A DNA stretch of 63,349 bases, filler included, from Anaerolineae bacterium (GTDB taxonomy: Bacteria > Chloroflexota > Anaerolineae > Epilineales > Epilineaceae), in NCBI GenBank assembly GCA_029262755.1. It is 7 parts of 7 records of this genome, joined end to end, with 100 filler letters (N's around TTAATTAATTAA, not from the genome) between each part and the next. Parts side by side here need not be neighbours in the genome. Positions count along the whole stretch, not along the records: positions 29,783 to 41,111 come from JAJCYU010000265.1; positions 41,212 to 54,997 come from JAJCYU010000266.1; 5 more parts are not named here. One strand, written 5' to 3'. The notes beneath the pieces are model-generated. The model was not told the origin of the DNA, searched no databases, and was given only the letters and a program-made list of their open reading frames with translations. Shown here in pieces: positions 37,603 through 48,024 of the stretch; the first letter of the stretch is position 1, and each line of letters begins with the position of its first letter. The position numbers were made by a program, and so were the translations under genes.

Positions 37603-39263
37603 CGCGGCGGCGTACCCTAGTCGCGCCGCCTCGCCGCGCCGCCGCCAGGTTCGCGGATAGCCCCTTGGATCGCCCGCCGACCGCAACTCTTCCGACGGCC
37701 CATGCACGCTCCCTTTCCCAACGCCGCCCATCGTTCACGCCTCCGCAATCAAGCTCCTCCCGTATCCGCCACGCGCCCTTGCCTCTGCGCTCGCTCGGGC
37801 CCCTCCTACTCCCCCTGCTCGTCCTCGCCATCGGCGCGTGCTCCGGCGCGACGCCGACGCCCGAGGTCGATCCGGAAGGACCGCTGCAGCTCTCGCTTGA
37901 GGTGTCGCCCGTCGATGGCGACGCGCCGCACGAGGTGCGCGCGCGCGCCGAGCTCAGCGGGGAGCTCGGGCCGGGCGACGCCGTGCGCTTCCGCTGCGCG
38001 ACGGCCGCGTTCATCATGGGCAACGACACCGTGCAGCACGTACCGCCCGAGCAGCCCTGCGACGATGAGGTCCAGCGTGCGTACGAGACCACCTACACCT
38101 ACGAGGCGGCCGGCACCTATCCCATCTCCGTGCGCCTGATCGCCCGTCCGGTGCGGCCCAGCCGCTCCATCCAGGTCTTCGTACGCGGTGCGACGCCGAC
38201 ACCGGTGTCGGCCGGCGCAGCGTCCGGTCCGAACATCGTGATCGCGACGCCGGTCACCCGCACCGCCGAGCCGCCCACGCAGGCCGCCACCGAGGCCTCC
38301 GCGCCGGCGGCAACGGCGACCCGCATGCACTCCGCCACGCCGGAGCCGGTGGGCCCCGCCACCCGCGTCGCGGTCGATGCGACGCCGGCGATCGGGGTGT
38401 CCGTGCTGCCGGCCGACCTGTACTTCCTGTCCGGCGAGCCCGCTCGCATCGCGCGCCTGCCGGCCTCCGGCGACCCGCCCGAGGCCGTCGGTCCGCCGGA
38501 CGAGCGCTCGGTGTCCGACTACGCGGTGTCCTCGCTCGGCCTCGTGGCGGTCCTGGCTGAAGGCGAGCTGGCCGTGCTGTCGCCGCTGGGCGAGGCGCGG
38601 ATCGTTGCCGCGGACGGCGCGAGCCACCCGACGTGGTCGCGCGACGGCCGCGCCCTGGCCTATGCGCGCAACGGCGTCTTGCACCATTTCGATGTCGTGA
38701 CCTTCAAGGAGCGGTCGCTGGCTACACGTGGCGAGCCCGTCGCGTACTCTCACGACGGCGCTTGGCTCCTTGCACGGGATCCGGAAGGCGCGCCGCTCTT
38801 GCTCCAGCCGGATTCGTCGCCCATCGGGCGCCAACCGCTCCCGCTAGACGGTGCGGCCTACGCCGGGTGGCTACCGGGCCGCAACGTCCTGTGGCTCTCG
38901 GGCCCGGGCCTGCGCTTCGTCTCTGTCGAGGACGCGATCACGGTCGCGCCCGTGCTGGACACGGACGTAGCCACCTCCCCGCTCTTCGTCCGGCCCGACG
39001 AACGCGCTCTCTTGCTGGCCGAGCGCAACGGCTCCTCGACGCTCCATCTGGTCGACCTCACCGCCCCCATGCTCGAGGCGGAGGTCGTCGGCGTACCGCT
39101 CGTGCTGCCGGTCGACGCCGACTTCGCCTGGTCACCCGACGGCCGCTGGCTCGCGGTTGCCGGGCCGTCACGCCTCATCCAATTCAATCCCGTAACCGGT
39201 TTGTCATCCACCCTCGTGGAAGGCCCCGTTCGCCGTCCGAGCTGGGTGCTCAGCGGACGCTAG
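37599..39263 (+). CDS. Putative lipoprotein: PKD-like domain + TolB/PD40-like propeller
   Basis: ATGA overlap; lipobox-like AIGAC; 'YTYEAAGTYPISV'; WSRDG/YSHDG/WSPDG. Confidence 0.75.
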   Translation: MTRRRTLVAPPRRAAARFADSPLDRPPTATLPTAHARSLSQRRPSFTPPQSSSSRIRHAPLPLRSLGPLLLPLLVLAIGACSGATPTPEVDPEGPLQLSLEVSPVDGDAPHEVRARAELSGELGPGDAVRFRCATAAFIMGNDTVQHVPPEQPCDDEVQRAYETTYTYEAAGTYPISVRLIARPVRPSRSIQVFVRGATPTPVSAGAASGPNIVIATPVTRTAEPPTQAATEASAPAATATRMHSATPEPVGPATRVAVDATPAIGVSVLPADLYFLSGEPARIARLPASGDPPEAVGPPDERSVSDYAVSSLGLVAVLAEGELAVLSPLGEARIVAADGASHPTWSRDGRALAYARNGVLHHFDVVTFKERSLATRGEPVAYSHDGAWLLARDPEGAPLLLQPDSSPIGRQPLPLDGAAYAGWLPGRNVLWLSGPGLRFVSVEDAITVAPVLDTDVATSPLFVRPDERALLLAERNGSSTLHLVDLTAPMLEAEVVGVPLVLPVDADFAWSPDGRWLAVAGPSRLIQFNPVTGLSSTLVEGPVRRPSWVLSGR

Positions 39264-39424
39264 CGATAGCGCAGGCCGCGAGCATTCCGGGCGCGTTACC
39301 AAAACACGTCCATCCCGGAGCACCCACTGGATGGACGCCGCGAATTGTTGCCTCCTCGCGCGACCGTCTTATAGAATCGACCGCCCGACAGGCGACACGG
39401 AAAATGCTAGGAGGTGACGGCCTC

Positions 39425-40543
39425 ATGACCCAGCCGACCCGCATCGCGATCAACGGCTTTGGGCGCATTGGGCGCCAACTCGTCAAGGCCATTCACGAGC
39501 GCTACTGGGATGCGCTCGACGTCAAGGCGATCGGTATCACCGATCCGTTCATCACCGAAACCCGCGCGCTCCTGCTGGAGCGCGATTCCGTGTACGGCAC
39601 CTTCGACGCCAAGGTCGAAGCTGTCGTGGAAGGGCGTACTAACGCCATCGTCGTCGACGGCCGCAAGATGGACATCGTCGGACGCAATCCCTATGGCCCC
39701 GTGCCGGAGTGGAAGCGTTGGGACGTCGATCTCGTCGTCGAGGCAACCGGCTATTTCCGCACCCGTGAAAACGCGAGCAAGCACCTGGTCATGGGCGCGA
39801 AGCGCGTGCTGATCACGGCGCCGGGCAAGGATTCCGATGTCACGATCGTGCGCGGCGTGAACGAGATCGACTTCGATCCCGAAGCCCACGTGATCGTCTC
39901 CAACGCCAGCTGCAGCACGAACGCGCTGGCGCCCGCGGCGAAGGTCATCCAAGACACCTACGGCATCCGCCAGGGCCTGCTGACCACGATCCACGCCTAT
40001 ACCTCCAGCCAGGTGTTGCTGGACCACGGCGGCAAGGATCCGCGTCGCTCCCGCGCCGCGGCGCTCAACATCGTGCCCACGACAACGGGCGCGGCAAAGG
40101 CCGTCGGCGAGGTGATCCCCGAACTAAAGGGCCGCTTCCACGGCTCGGCCCTGCGCGTCCCGACGCCCACCGTTTCGCTGGCCGATTTCACGGCCCTCGT
40201 CGAGCGCCCGCCGGCTTCGGCCGATGCGGTCAACGCGGTCCTACGCGCCGCAACCGCCGACACGATGCGCGACGTGCTCGGCGTGATGGACGTGCCGTTG
40301 GTAAGCATCGACTTCACCGGCGATCCGCATTCTTCCGTCGTCGACGCCGGCGCAACGATGGTGCAGGGCGAGCTGGTCAAGACGGCACTTTGGTACGACA
40401 ACGAGTGGGGCTACGCCTGCCGCGTGGCCGACATGGCCTTCTACATGTCCGAACGCGTCAAGGGCCGTTCCCACGCCGACGTGAAGGCCGACATGCATGA
40501 GCGCGCACCCCAAACGCGTGCGCTCCGGGAGGTGGTGGCATGA
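39425..40543 (+). CDS. gap: Type I glyceraldehyde-3-phosphate dehydrogenase
   Basis: INGFGRIGR, NASCSTNALAP (Cys163), TTIHAYT (His190), NIVPTTTGAAKA, WYDNEWGY; GGAGGTG SD. Confidence 0.93.
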   Translation: MTQPTRIAINGFGRIGRQLVKAIHERYWDALDVKAIGITDPFITETRALLLERDSVYGTFDAKVEAVVEGRTNAIVVDGRKMDIVGRNPYGPVPEWKRWDVDLVVEATGYFRTRENASKHLVMGAKRVLITAPGKDSDVTIVRGVNEIDFDPEAHVIVSNASCSTNALAPAAKVIQDTYGIRQGLLTTIHAYTSSQVLLDHGGKDPRRSRAAALNIVPTTTGAAKAVGEVIPELKGRFHGSALRVPTPTVSLADFTALVERPPASADAVNAVLRAATADTMRDVLGVMDVPLVSIDFTGDPHSSVVDAGATMVQGELVKTALWYDNEWGYACRVADMAFYMSERVKGRSHADVKADMHERAPQTRALREVVA

Positions 40544-41111
40544 GCACGCGCGTCGCGATCCACGGTTTCGGCCGCACGGGCCGCCAGGCCTTCAAGGCGA
40601 TCTGGAAGCACTACCGCGACCGTTTGGAAGTCGCCGCGATCGGCATCGAGAATCTGGCCGACGCCCACGCCGCCGCCCACTTGTTGCAATACGATTCGAA
40701 CTACGGCCGCTTCGGCTCCGAGGTCAGCGTGCTCGACCACGAGCTCCGTGTGGACGGCGTCGCGATCCCGCTCGTCGCCGCCGACTCGCTGGCCGAGCTG
40801 CCCTGGAGCCGCTTGGGCGTCGATATCGTCATCGAGGCCACCGGCGTCTACGCCGGCGGCGGTCGCGCGGCGGGCCACCTGGAAGCCGGCGCGAACAAGG
40901 TCATCATCACCGCCCCGAGCGACGACGCCGACTTCACGCTCATCTGCGGCGTGAACGACGCCGACTACGACCCCACCGCGCACCACGTGGTCTCGACCGG
41001 CTCCGACACGACCAACGCGCTCGCTCCGGTCCTGAGCGCGCTGCTCGGTGAGTTCGAGATCAAGAACGCCTTGCTGACGGCGGTGCGCGCCTATACCAAC
41101 GCGCAGAAGCT
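40540..41111 (+). CDS. GAPDH-family paralogue lacking the catalytic Cys/His (3' truncated by linker)
   Basis: IHGFGRTGR, LLQYDSNYG, VIEATG, KVIITAP; active-site segments read STGSDTTNALAP and TAVRAYT. Confidence 0.88.
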
Positions 41112-41211
41112 NNNNNNNNNNNNNNNNNNNNNNNNNNNNNNNNNNNNNNNNNNNNTTAATTAATTAANNNNNNNNNNNNNNNNNNNNNNNNNNNNNNNNN
41201 NNNNNNNNNNN
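41112..41211. other. Artificial linker
   Basis: N/TTAATTAATTAA/N. Confidence 0.98.
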
Positions 41212-43642
41212 GATCGTCCCCGGGCGTCGGCGTCGGCAGGTTCAGACCGGGCGTTGCTGGAACGTCGCGTTGTGCCCACGGCAGGAACACGGTTTGTCCC
41301 ACCGGCGTGCTCGTGGGGCTGGGCGACGGTGTCGCGGTAGGCGTGATGGTACGGGTCGGCGTGGGGCTCGGTGTCGGCGGCGCCTCCAGCACGCATGCCG
41401 ATGCGTCCGGGGTTGCACCGGACGGTGCGCCTTCCGGACCCAACGCGAAGGCCAAGACCCCCAGATGCGCGTCGCTCACGAAGACGCAGTCGCCGTGCGG
41501 GACCGGCCGACCGGCGTCGGCGCGCCACGTAACGCGCCCGACCTCGTCCGGCCGTTCGGGGGACGAGACGTCGATCAACGCGATTCCGCCTTCCCGGCCG
41601 TTCACGCCGAACTGCACCCATGCGCGGCGGTTCTCTCGCGCGATGGGTCCCGGATTCGCCAGATCGAGCTGGCCGATCATCGCCGGCGTCCCAAAGTCCC
41701 GGACGTCGAGTACGGAGAAGCCGAAGCCGAACGAGCTTAGCCACAGACGCTCGCCATCGGGCTCCACGTCGGCGATGACCCCGGCTCCGCTGGGCAACAC
41801 GAACTCGCCTGTTCGCGCCGGTCGTAGCGGATTCCTCACATCGACGCGCTCCACGGTGCCGCCGCTGCCCAAGTACACCGTGTCACCCACCAGGCGCCCA
41901 CTCCTCGGCCGTAGTCCCGGTAAGGGCGCAGAGAGCTTCATCGCTCCATCTTGCCACCACAACAGGTGGCTCCCGGTCGGCGCGACGGCCAGGACCCGAC
42001 CACGGTGGATATCCAGCTGCAGGATGTCCACGGGCGCCGCCTCCTCGCCTTCGCCGGTCGTTGGTTCCTGAGGCGGGGGAATACGCAAGTCACGACGTTG
42101 CACCTGGTTGCCGTATGACCAAGCAAGGTCCCATCCGTCCCCATCGATCTCGGCCCGCCGTGCGGGTCCGTTCGCCCGTTTCGCCAGCTCGATACGCGCC
42201 CCGATGCCATCGGCAGCCAGCGGATCGACGCTGCGCACGCCGTCCCACCAATCCACGGCCCATAGGCGCCCGCCGGCCAACGCGACGCTTTCCACCTGCA
42301 ACGACCCATCGCGCAGCATTCCCATCGCGGCAAGCGGAGACTCCGCTTCCACCGGGACGTCGATTCGCAGCACGCCTTGGTATGGGAGGTTGAATAGCAA
42401 TCCGCCATCGACGGACATGAGCCTGGGAATCACCCTCCCGGAGGGCCTTGGTCCAAACTCGACCGATCTGTCCGCGATCAACTCCCCTCCCGTCGCGCCG
42501 ACGATGCGAATCTCGGCGATCATGTCCTGGTTCGCCAACCAGATTCGATCGTCCGTCACGTGGACGGCGTCCAAGAGCCCATGCAAGCCGTTCGGCAGCG
42601 GCAGGTTGGAAACGGCAGCGAATGCATTCGCCGAATTCAAGTCGTACAGCGCGATCCGGGCTCCTTCCCGACGCACAAACCAGCGCTCGCTCACCGCGAA
42701 TAGATCACCCGACAAGGATCCACCGGATACGAGCGGTCGTTGCCGCGGCTGCAACGGCGCGCGGCCGTCGATGATCTCGAAGATCGGCGGCGGCGGGGTG
42801 GGTGCCGGGAGCCGGGTGATCTGCGGCGCAGGCGTAGGGGCGGGCGTGCCCGGGGTCGTCATCGTTCCGGTCGGTATCGGAGCAGGCGTCGGCCGAGTCT
42901 CGATCCGCAGCAGTTGAACGACGCCGCGTTGGGAAGCCGCGTCGACCTCCATGGCCAGAATGCGCCCGTTCGGGTCGTAGGGCCCCTGGGCCACTGGGGC
43001 TGCCGGTTGGGATACGTCGACGATCTCCAACGCGCTCTCGGTCCATACCCAGGCTGCACTGCCCACACGAAACACGCGGAGCGGGACATCCGGTAGCACG
43101 ACCTCGGCGACGAGGCGCGGGCGCTCCTCGGTGCTTGGATCGTAGACGCGCAGCACACCGCCGCTCGCCGTGGCACCGACCACATAGACGAGACCACGAT
43201 CCGTGTCGACCGCGAGATCCGCGATCGCCACCGTGTCCGGTCCCGTGCTCGACAACGGGGGAGCACCGATCGGTGCCGCGGCATCGAACACGAGCAACCG
43301 CGGCCCGACGGCCACCAGGATCCGATCGCCGAGCACCGCGGCCGCCGCCGCCGGCCCCCCGGTCTGCCCCACGAGCTCGAGGGGGCGCGGACCCTGCGGG
43401 GCCGCCTGTACGCGTCGCTCGCTCTCGCCGACAGACAGCGAGAAGGCCACGACCGCGAACAAGGCCGCGCCGATGAGGAAGGACGTGCGACCGGCAACGG
43501 GATCGACGTGAGCGGTAGGCCGCGTCGCTCGTTGCGTACGGAGGGCATTTCGGCGGAATCGACGTCGAGCGGAATACCGGGCATTGATTCCGACGCTCGT
43601 TCGGGCGCTTCGTCCGCCGTTATGTCCTTTGCGAATCCTCAT
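41212..43642 (-). CDS. Exported LVIVD-like beta-propeller protein (3' truncated)
   Basis: TM/signal segment FLIGAALFAVVAFSLS; 'LELVGQTGG', 'IVDVSQPAAP' repeats; PT linker then VFLPWAQR. Confidence 0.78.
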
Positions 43643-44225
43643 GGGGCTCGGCTCCTTTGCGATCCCGGTGAGTCGAACTTGGGATCGGATTGCGGCTCTC
43701 GGTGGAATAAATATGACCGGTGTCGGTATGCGGAACGTCGAGCGCCATGCGATAGCGTCGGCAGACGGGCCTCGCCGTCGATTTACGGCACGACGACGAT
43801 TGCGATCCGCAAGGCGATCGCCACCGTTTCACGAATCCGTGCTATCCGCCACCATGCTCGCGGTTGCCGGCAACGCCTACCCTGGACCGTGCCGCCGACG
43901 CCAATGGCGGACGACCAACCGTCGCGCGAGTTCGAGATGCCGGCCGAACTCGCACCCTCCTAGCGAGCGACGCTAGTCATCGGTCACCGTTCGCCGGACG
44001 CCGGACGCCGGACGCCCATCGCCGGGCCGGCGATAGGCATGGTGGCCCCAGCAACAATCGTCCTCCATACAGAGAGAACGTATCCGCGGACCAAAAGGGG
44101 ATCCGCAAACCGCACTAGGGTCGTCGCGACGTGACGTTCCCCGATCGATCGAACGTGCAAACGGGCGAACGGGCCGATCGCAGCGACGTAGGCCCCGTAC
44201 TGATCGTCCCGCCCTGCCTTCCCAT

Positions 44226-46259
44226 CTACGGCCGCAGGCTCGACCAGAAATCGCACTCTGCGCCACGAACGCGCTCGACGATACTCGGCGGCGACGCGAT
44301 GCGCAGCGCCGGCTCGCGCGTGAGCTCGTACACGGGCCAGGCGAGGGGGTCTGGGCCAGCCGGATCGCCCGGGGGCTCGGCGCCGTTCGGATCGCCCGTC
44401 GCGGCGAAGCGTGCCCACGTTCGTTGCAAGAGCGCGATCACCGCGCGATCGGCCGGGCCCGCGACGTAGCGGCCGAGACGGCCTTGGAACTCGATCGAGT
44501 CGAAGAGGAAGGGCAGATCGGCGCCGTGGTATGCGCCCCTCGAGCGTGCGAGGGGGCCCGCGTTTTCGGGGACGTGGTCGAACCAGAATCGGAACACGGG
44601 CTCGTCCTGTGCCTGCGTGAAGCGGCGGGCGTCGTTGCGCGCACTGCAGGCGAACTTGAGGTCGCTGGTCAACGCGACGTAGGCATCGCGCGGTGTCGCG
44701 TAGTTGCCGACGGGATAGACGTCGAGCGCGCGCTCGACGAGCGCGGCGGGAAGCCCGCTGCGGGCGAAGTAGGCGCGCACGGCGGCCTCGTAGGCCGCCT
44801 CGTCCGCGATGGGCGGCGCCGAGGCGCCGTTCTCGGCCGACGTCGCCCCGATCATCATCGGCACGGCGTTGTGGCGCCCGGATTCGATGAGGGCTTGCGG
44901 CGCCTCGGGCACCGCGTAGCCGTCAATCACGCCGTCGTAGGTGTTGCGCCCGAGCGTCTCCGTGCCGCCTCCGGGTATCGCGGCAAGGGTGTCCATCAGT
45001 ACCTGCGTCGAGCGAGAGCGCAAGCAGGCCGGCGTATCGGCGGCGTCCGCGCAGCCCACATCGGAGGCTACGGCGACACCGTTGGCCTCCGCACGCGCGA
45101 GCGGTGTCGCGGGGCAGCCACCGCTGTGCATGATCGCGCCCGCGAGGAGCCCCGTAGCAAGCGGCGAGGCCACAAGGCGGCACACGCTGACGGCGCCGGC
45201 GGATTGGCCGAAAATCGTCACCCTCGCTGGGTCGCCGCCGAAGGCCGCGACATTGTCGCGCACCCATGTCAGCGCGGCCAGCTGATCGTGCATCCCGTAG
45301 TTGCCGGATTGGGCGACGCCGCCCTCGGCGCTCAGCGTGGGGTGAGCCAAGAAGCCGAAGGGCCCGAGACGATAGTTGATCGTGACCACGACGACGCCGT
45401 GACGCGCCGCGAGCGTCTGCCCGTCGTAGAGCGGTAGATCGCCGATGCGTTGGGCGCTCGAGCCCTGTTGGTGGCCACCGCCGTGAATCCAGACCATCAC
45501 CGGCCGGCCGCCGGCGCCGGTATCAGGATCGTCCGGCGCGGGCTCGCCTTGGCCAGGCGCCCAAACGTTGAGCGTGAGGCAGTCCTCGTCGCCGAGGAGT
45601 TGGTCATCCTCCCACTGCGGGCACACCGCCCCAAACGAGACCGCGTCGCGCACCCCGGCCCACGCCTCCGGCGGCGAAGGCAGGCGCCAGCGCGCCTCGC
45701 CCACGGGCGGGGCGGCGTAGGGAATGCCGAGGAAAGCGCGTACACCGTCGCGCTGCGTGCCGCGTACGCGGCCGAAGCGCGTGATGGCCTCGTCCGGCGC
45801 GGGGGCCGCAGTGGGGACGTCCGCGGTCGCGATCGCCGTGGGCGATGGGACTCCCGTCGGCGGCACGACGGTCGGACCCGGTACGGCCGGCGTCATCGTA
45901 GGCCCCGCCGTCGGTCGCGGTCGCCGGGTCCGCGTGGGCGGGGCGACCGGCAACGGACCGTCGCCAAGCGCAGGGTCGTCGAGGGCGATGTCGTCGAGTG
46001 TTACGGGCAGATGGATGACGTGCGGCACCGCTTGGGCCGCGACAAAGGAAGATGAGCCACGCTTGATGGCGGGCACGTCGATCGCAAAGGCGCCCGCCAA
46101 GGGGACGGCGATGAAGATCGCGCTCGCAATCGTGACGGGGATCGCGACGGCCGCGACGCCAAACGGCAAGGCGCGCATCCGGAGCAGCCATTCGCGCCCG
46201 CGCTTCATGCCGTGCGCAACACGCAAATGGGGATGGAGTGTTCGATCGTCTGCCACCAT
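44226..46259 (-). CDS. Exported type-B carboxylesterase/lipase
   Basis: FLGIPYAAPP, EDCLTLNVW, WIHGGG, nucleophile motif GQSAG, AYHGADL; GAGG before ATG 46259. Confidence 0.92.
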   Translation of the reverse strand: MVADDRTLHPHLRVAHGMKRGREWLLRMRALPFGVAAVAIPVTIASAIFIAVPLAGAFAIDVPAIKRGSSSFVAAQAVPHVIHLPVTLDDIALDDPALGDGPLPVAPPTRTRRPRPTAGPTMTPAVPGPTVVPPTGVPSPTAIATADVPTAAPAPDEAITRFGRVRGTQRDGVRAFLGIPYAAPPVGEARWRLPSPPEAWAGVRDAVSFGAVCPQWEDDQLLGDEDCLTLNVWAPGQGEPAPDDPDTGAGGRPVMVWIHGGGHQQGSSAQRIGDLPLYDGQTLAARHGVVVVTINYRLGPFGFLAHPTLSAEGGVAQSGNYGMHDQLAALTWVRDNVAAFGGDPARVTIFGQSAGAVSVCRLVASPLATGLLAGAIMHSGGCPATPLARAEANGVAVASDVGCADAADTPACLRSRSTQVLMDTLAAIPGGGTETLGRNTYDGVIDGYAVPEAPQALIESGRHNAVPMMIGATSAENGASAPPIADEAAYEAAVRAYFARSGLPAALVERALDVYPVGNYATPRDAYVALTSDLKFACSARNDARRFTQAQDEPVFRFWFDHVPENAGPLARSRGAYHGADLPFLFDSIEFQGRLGRYVAGPADRAVIALLQRTWARFAATGDPNGAEPPGDPAGPDPLAWPVYELTREPALRIASPPSIVERVRGAECDFWSSLRP

Positions 46260-46647
46260 GACCTCTCGCTCCTGACGCTTCGGCTTGGGTAGGCCCGCCA
46301 ATCGAGTGGACCTCCCGATCCGGCGACCGTAGCCGGCAACGGTAGCCGGCAACAGTAGCCGGCAATTTCTCTCGACGATCAGTTCCTGCGACCGTGGTTC
46401 GTAGTTCTTCGTCCGCGGCCTGTAGCATGCTGGACGCGACACCTCGTTCAACGACACGGAAGCACCCCGCGATAGGGCGGTTGCACCGCTCGCCTCGGCG
46501 CGCGATGATTCACCGTGCTCTTCGGCTTGGTTCGCATCGCACTGAAGGTGCACGTTCGAAGACGGGAGGCATACGGCCACCGCCGATGGTGCGATGCGCC
46601 TTGGGTCTCGACCTCCTTCCCACAATCGCACGACGGAGAAGCAGCGT

Positions 46648-47328
46648 TTGAACCACCTCGCCCACCTGCTCGTCGCGCGCAGGACCGGCACGTCGCCCGC
46701 GGGCGCCTTGCTGGCAGACGCCATGCGTCACATCAACGCGGACGCGTATCCGGCGGCCTTTCTGCGCGGCGTAAAGCTGCACCATGCGGTGGACGATTTC
46801 ACGGACGCCCATCCGGCCGTAGCGCGCAGCCGCGCGCGCCTCGGTGACGGAGCACGGCACTATCGCGGCGTGCTCGTGGACGTCTACTACGACCATTGTC
46901 TCGCGTGTAGCTGGGCGAAGCATACGGACGAGCCGCTGCGTACGTTTGCGGACGCAACCTACCGAGCACTCTCAGTGGAACTCGCCCAGCCGGCGGCCCC
47001 CGCCGCCCCGTGGGTGCGGCGCATGATCGACGCGGATTGGCTCATCCACTTCCGCCGCCCCGAGGGCACCAGCGAGGCGCTGCGCCGCATGACGGGCCGC
47101 TTGCGACGCCCGCGCCTGCTCGACGGAGCGCGCGAGAAGTTGGCCGCCGAGCACGACGGCCTGCAGGCGGACTTCGACGCCTTCTTCCCCGAACTGCTCG
47201 CCCATGTAGACGCCGTTGCTGCAGCGACCGATGGGCCGGCGCCCGGACCCGTGACGCCCCCCACGTCGCGCACGGTGCTCGTCGCCGACCGTACCGACTC
47301 CGCCCCCACCATGGAGCCTGCAGAGTGA
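46648..47328 (+). CDS. acpH: ACP phosphodiesterase (AcpH/DUF479 family)
   Basis: NHLAHL, GVKLHHAVDDFTDAHP, VDVYYDHCLA, FFPEL; TTG start after GGAG. Confidence 0.82.
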   Translation: MNHLAHLLVARRTGTSPAGALLADAMRHINADAYPAAFLRGVKLHHAVDDFTDAHPAVARSRARLGDGARHYRGVLVDVYYDHCLACSWAKHTDEPLRTFADATYRALSVELAQPAAPAAPWVRRMIDADWLIHFRRPEGTSEALRRMTGRLRRPRLLDGAREKLAAEHDGLQADFDAFFPELLAHVDAVAAATDGPAPGPVTPPTSRTVLVADRTDSAPTMEPAE

Positions 47329-47816
47329 ATGCGCCGACGATGCCCGATCCCGAGCTTCCGCAACTCGATCTGCCCGTCATGCCGCCGTTGCTATTCCTGG
47401 GGCCGTTAGCGCTCACGGTCCTCGCGCACGTTTTGCTCGATCTTCCGGCCCTGCCGATCCCGACGCCTACAGCCTATTGGATCGGCGGGATCGTGATCGT
47501 CCACGCCATCGTCTTGTTCGTGTGGTCGATACGCACCTTCATGCAGCACGGCGAGGATCCGCACCCGCCCAAGCCGACCAATACCCTGGTGGACGACGGC
47601 CCCTATGGGTTCAGCCGCAACCCGATCTACCTCGCGATGGCGCTCTTCGTGACCGGCGTTGCCATCGCGATGCGTTCATGGGCCGTGCTCGCCTCGGTTC
47701 CCGTCTCGCTGATTGCGATCCACTACCTTGTGATCCGACGGGAGGAACCGTACCTCGACGCAGTGCTCGGCGACTCGTATCGCGCGTACCGCGACCGGGT
47801 GCGCCGGTACTTGTAA
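47325..47816 (+). CDS. Isoprenylcysteine carboxylmethyltransferase/PEMT family membrane protein
   Basis: GPYGFSRNPIY, IRREE...YRAYRDRVRR; GTGA overlap. Confidence 0.88.
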   Translation: MNAPTMPDPELPQLDLPVMPPLLFLGPLALTVLAHVLLDLPALPIPTPTAYWIGGIVIVHAIVLFVWSIRTFMQHGEDPHPPKPTNTLVDDGPYGFSRNPIYLAMALFVTGVAIAMRSWAVLASVPVSLIAIHYLVIRREEPYLDAVLGDSYRAYRDRVRRYL

Positions 47817-48024
47817 GCGGGGGTACTCGCAGGCGGGGGACCGGAAGGCGGGAGGTACCGGAAGGCGGGGCCGTGGAGGGATTGCAGCGGACGCTCTTCG
47901 GGATCGCGTCAGGCGGTAGGTGCGTCGGAGCGCCATGCGGTCGCGCCCGTTCGCGACAACGGTCTGCGCGACCTGGTCGGCGCTCGCCGACGCGGCTCGA
48001 TCAGCCATGCCTGTGAGCGGCGCG

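Noticed and set aside
43643..44225. ~580-bp intergenic region with short hairpins and a gccggac x3 repeat
   Set aside because: No convincing ORF, promoter-terminator unit or RNA family signature that I can support.
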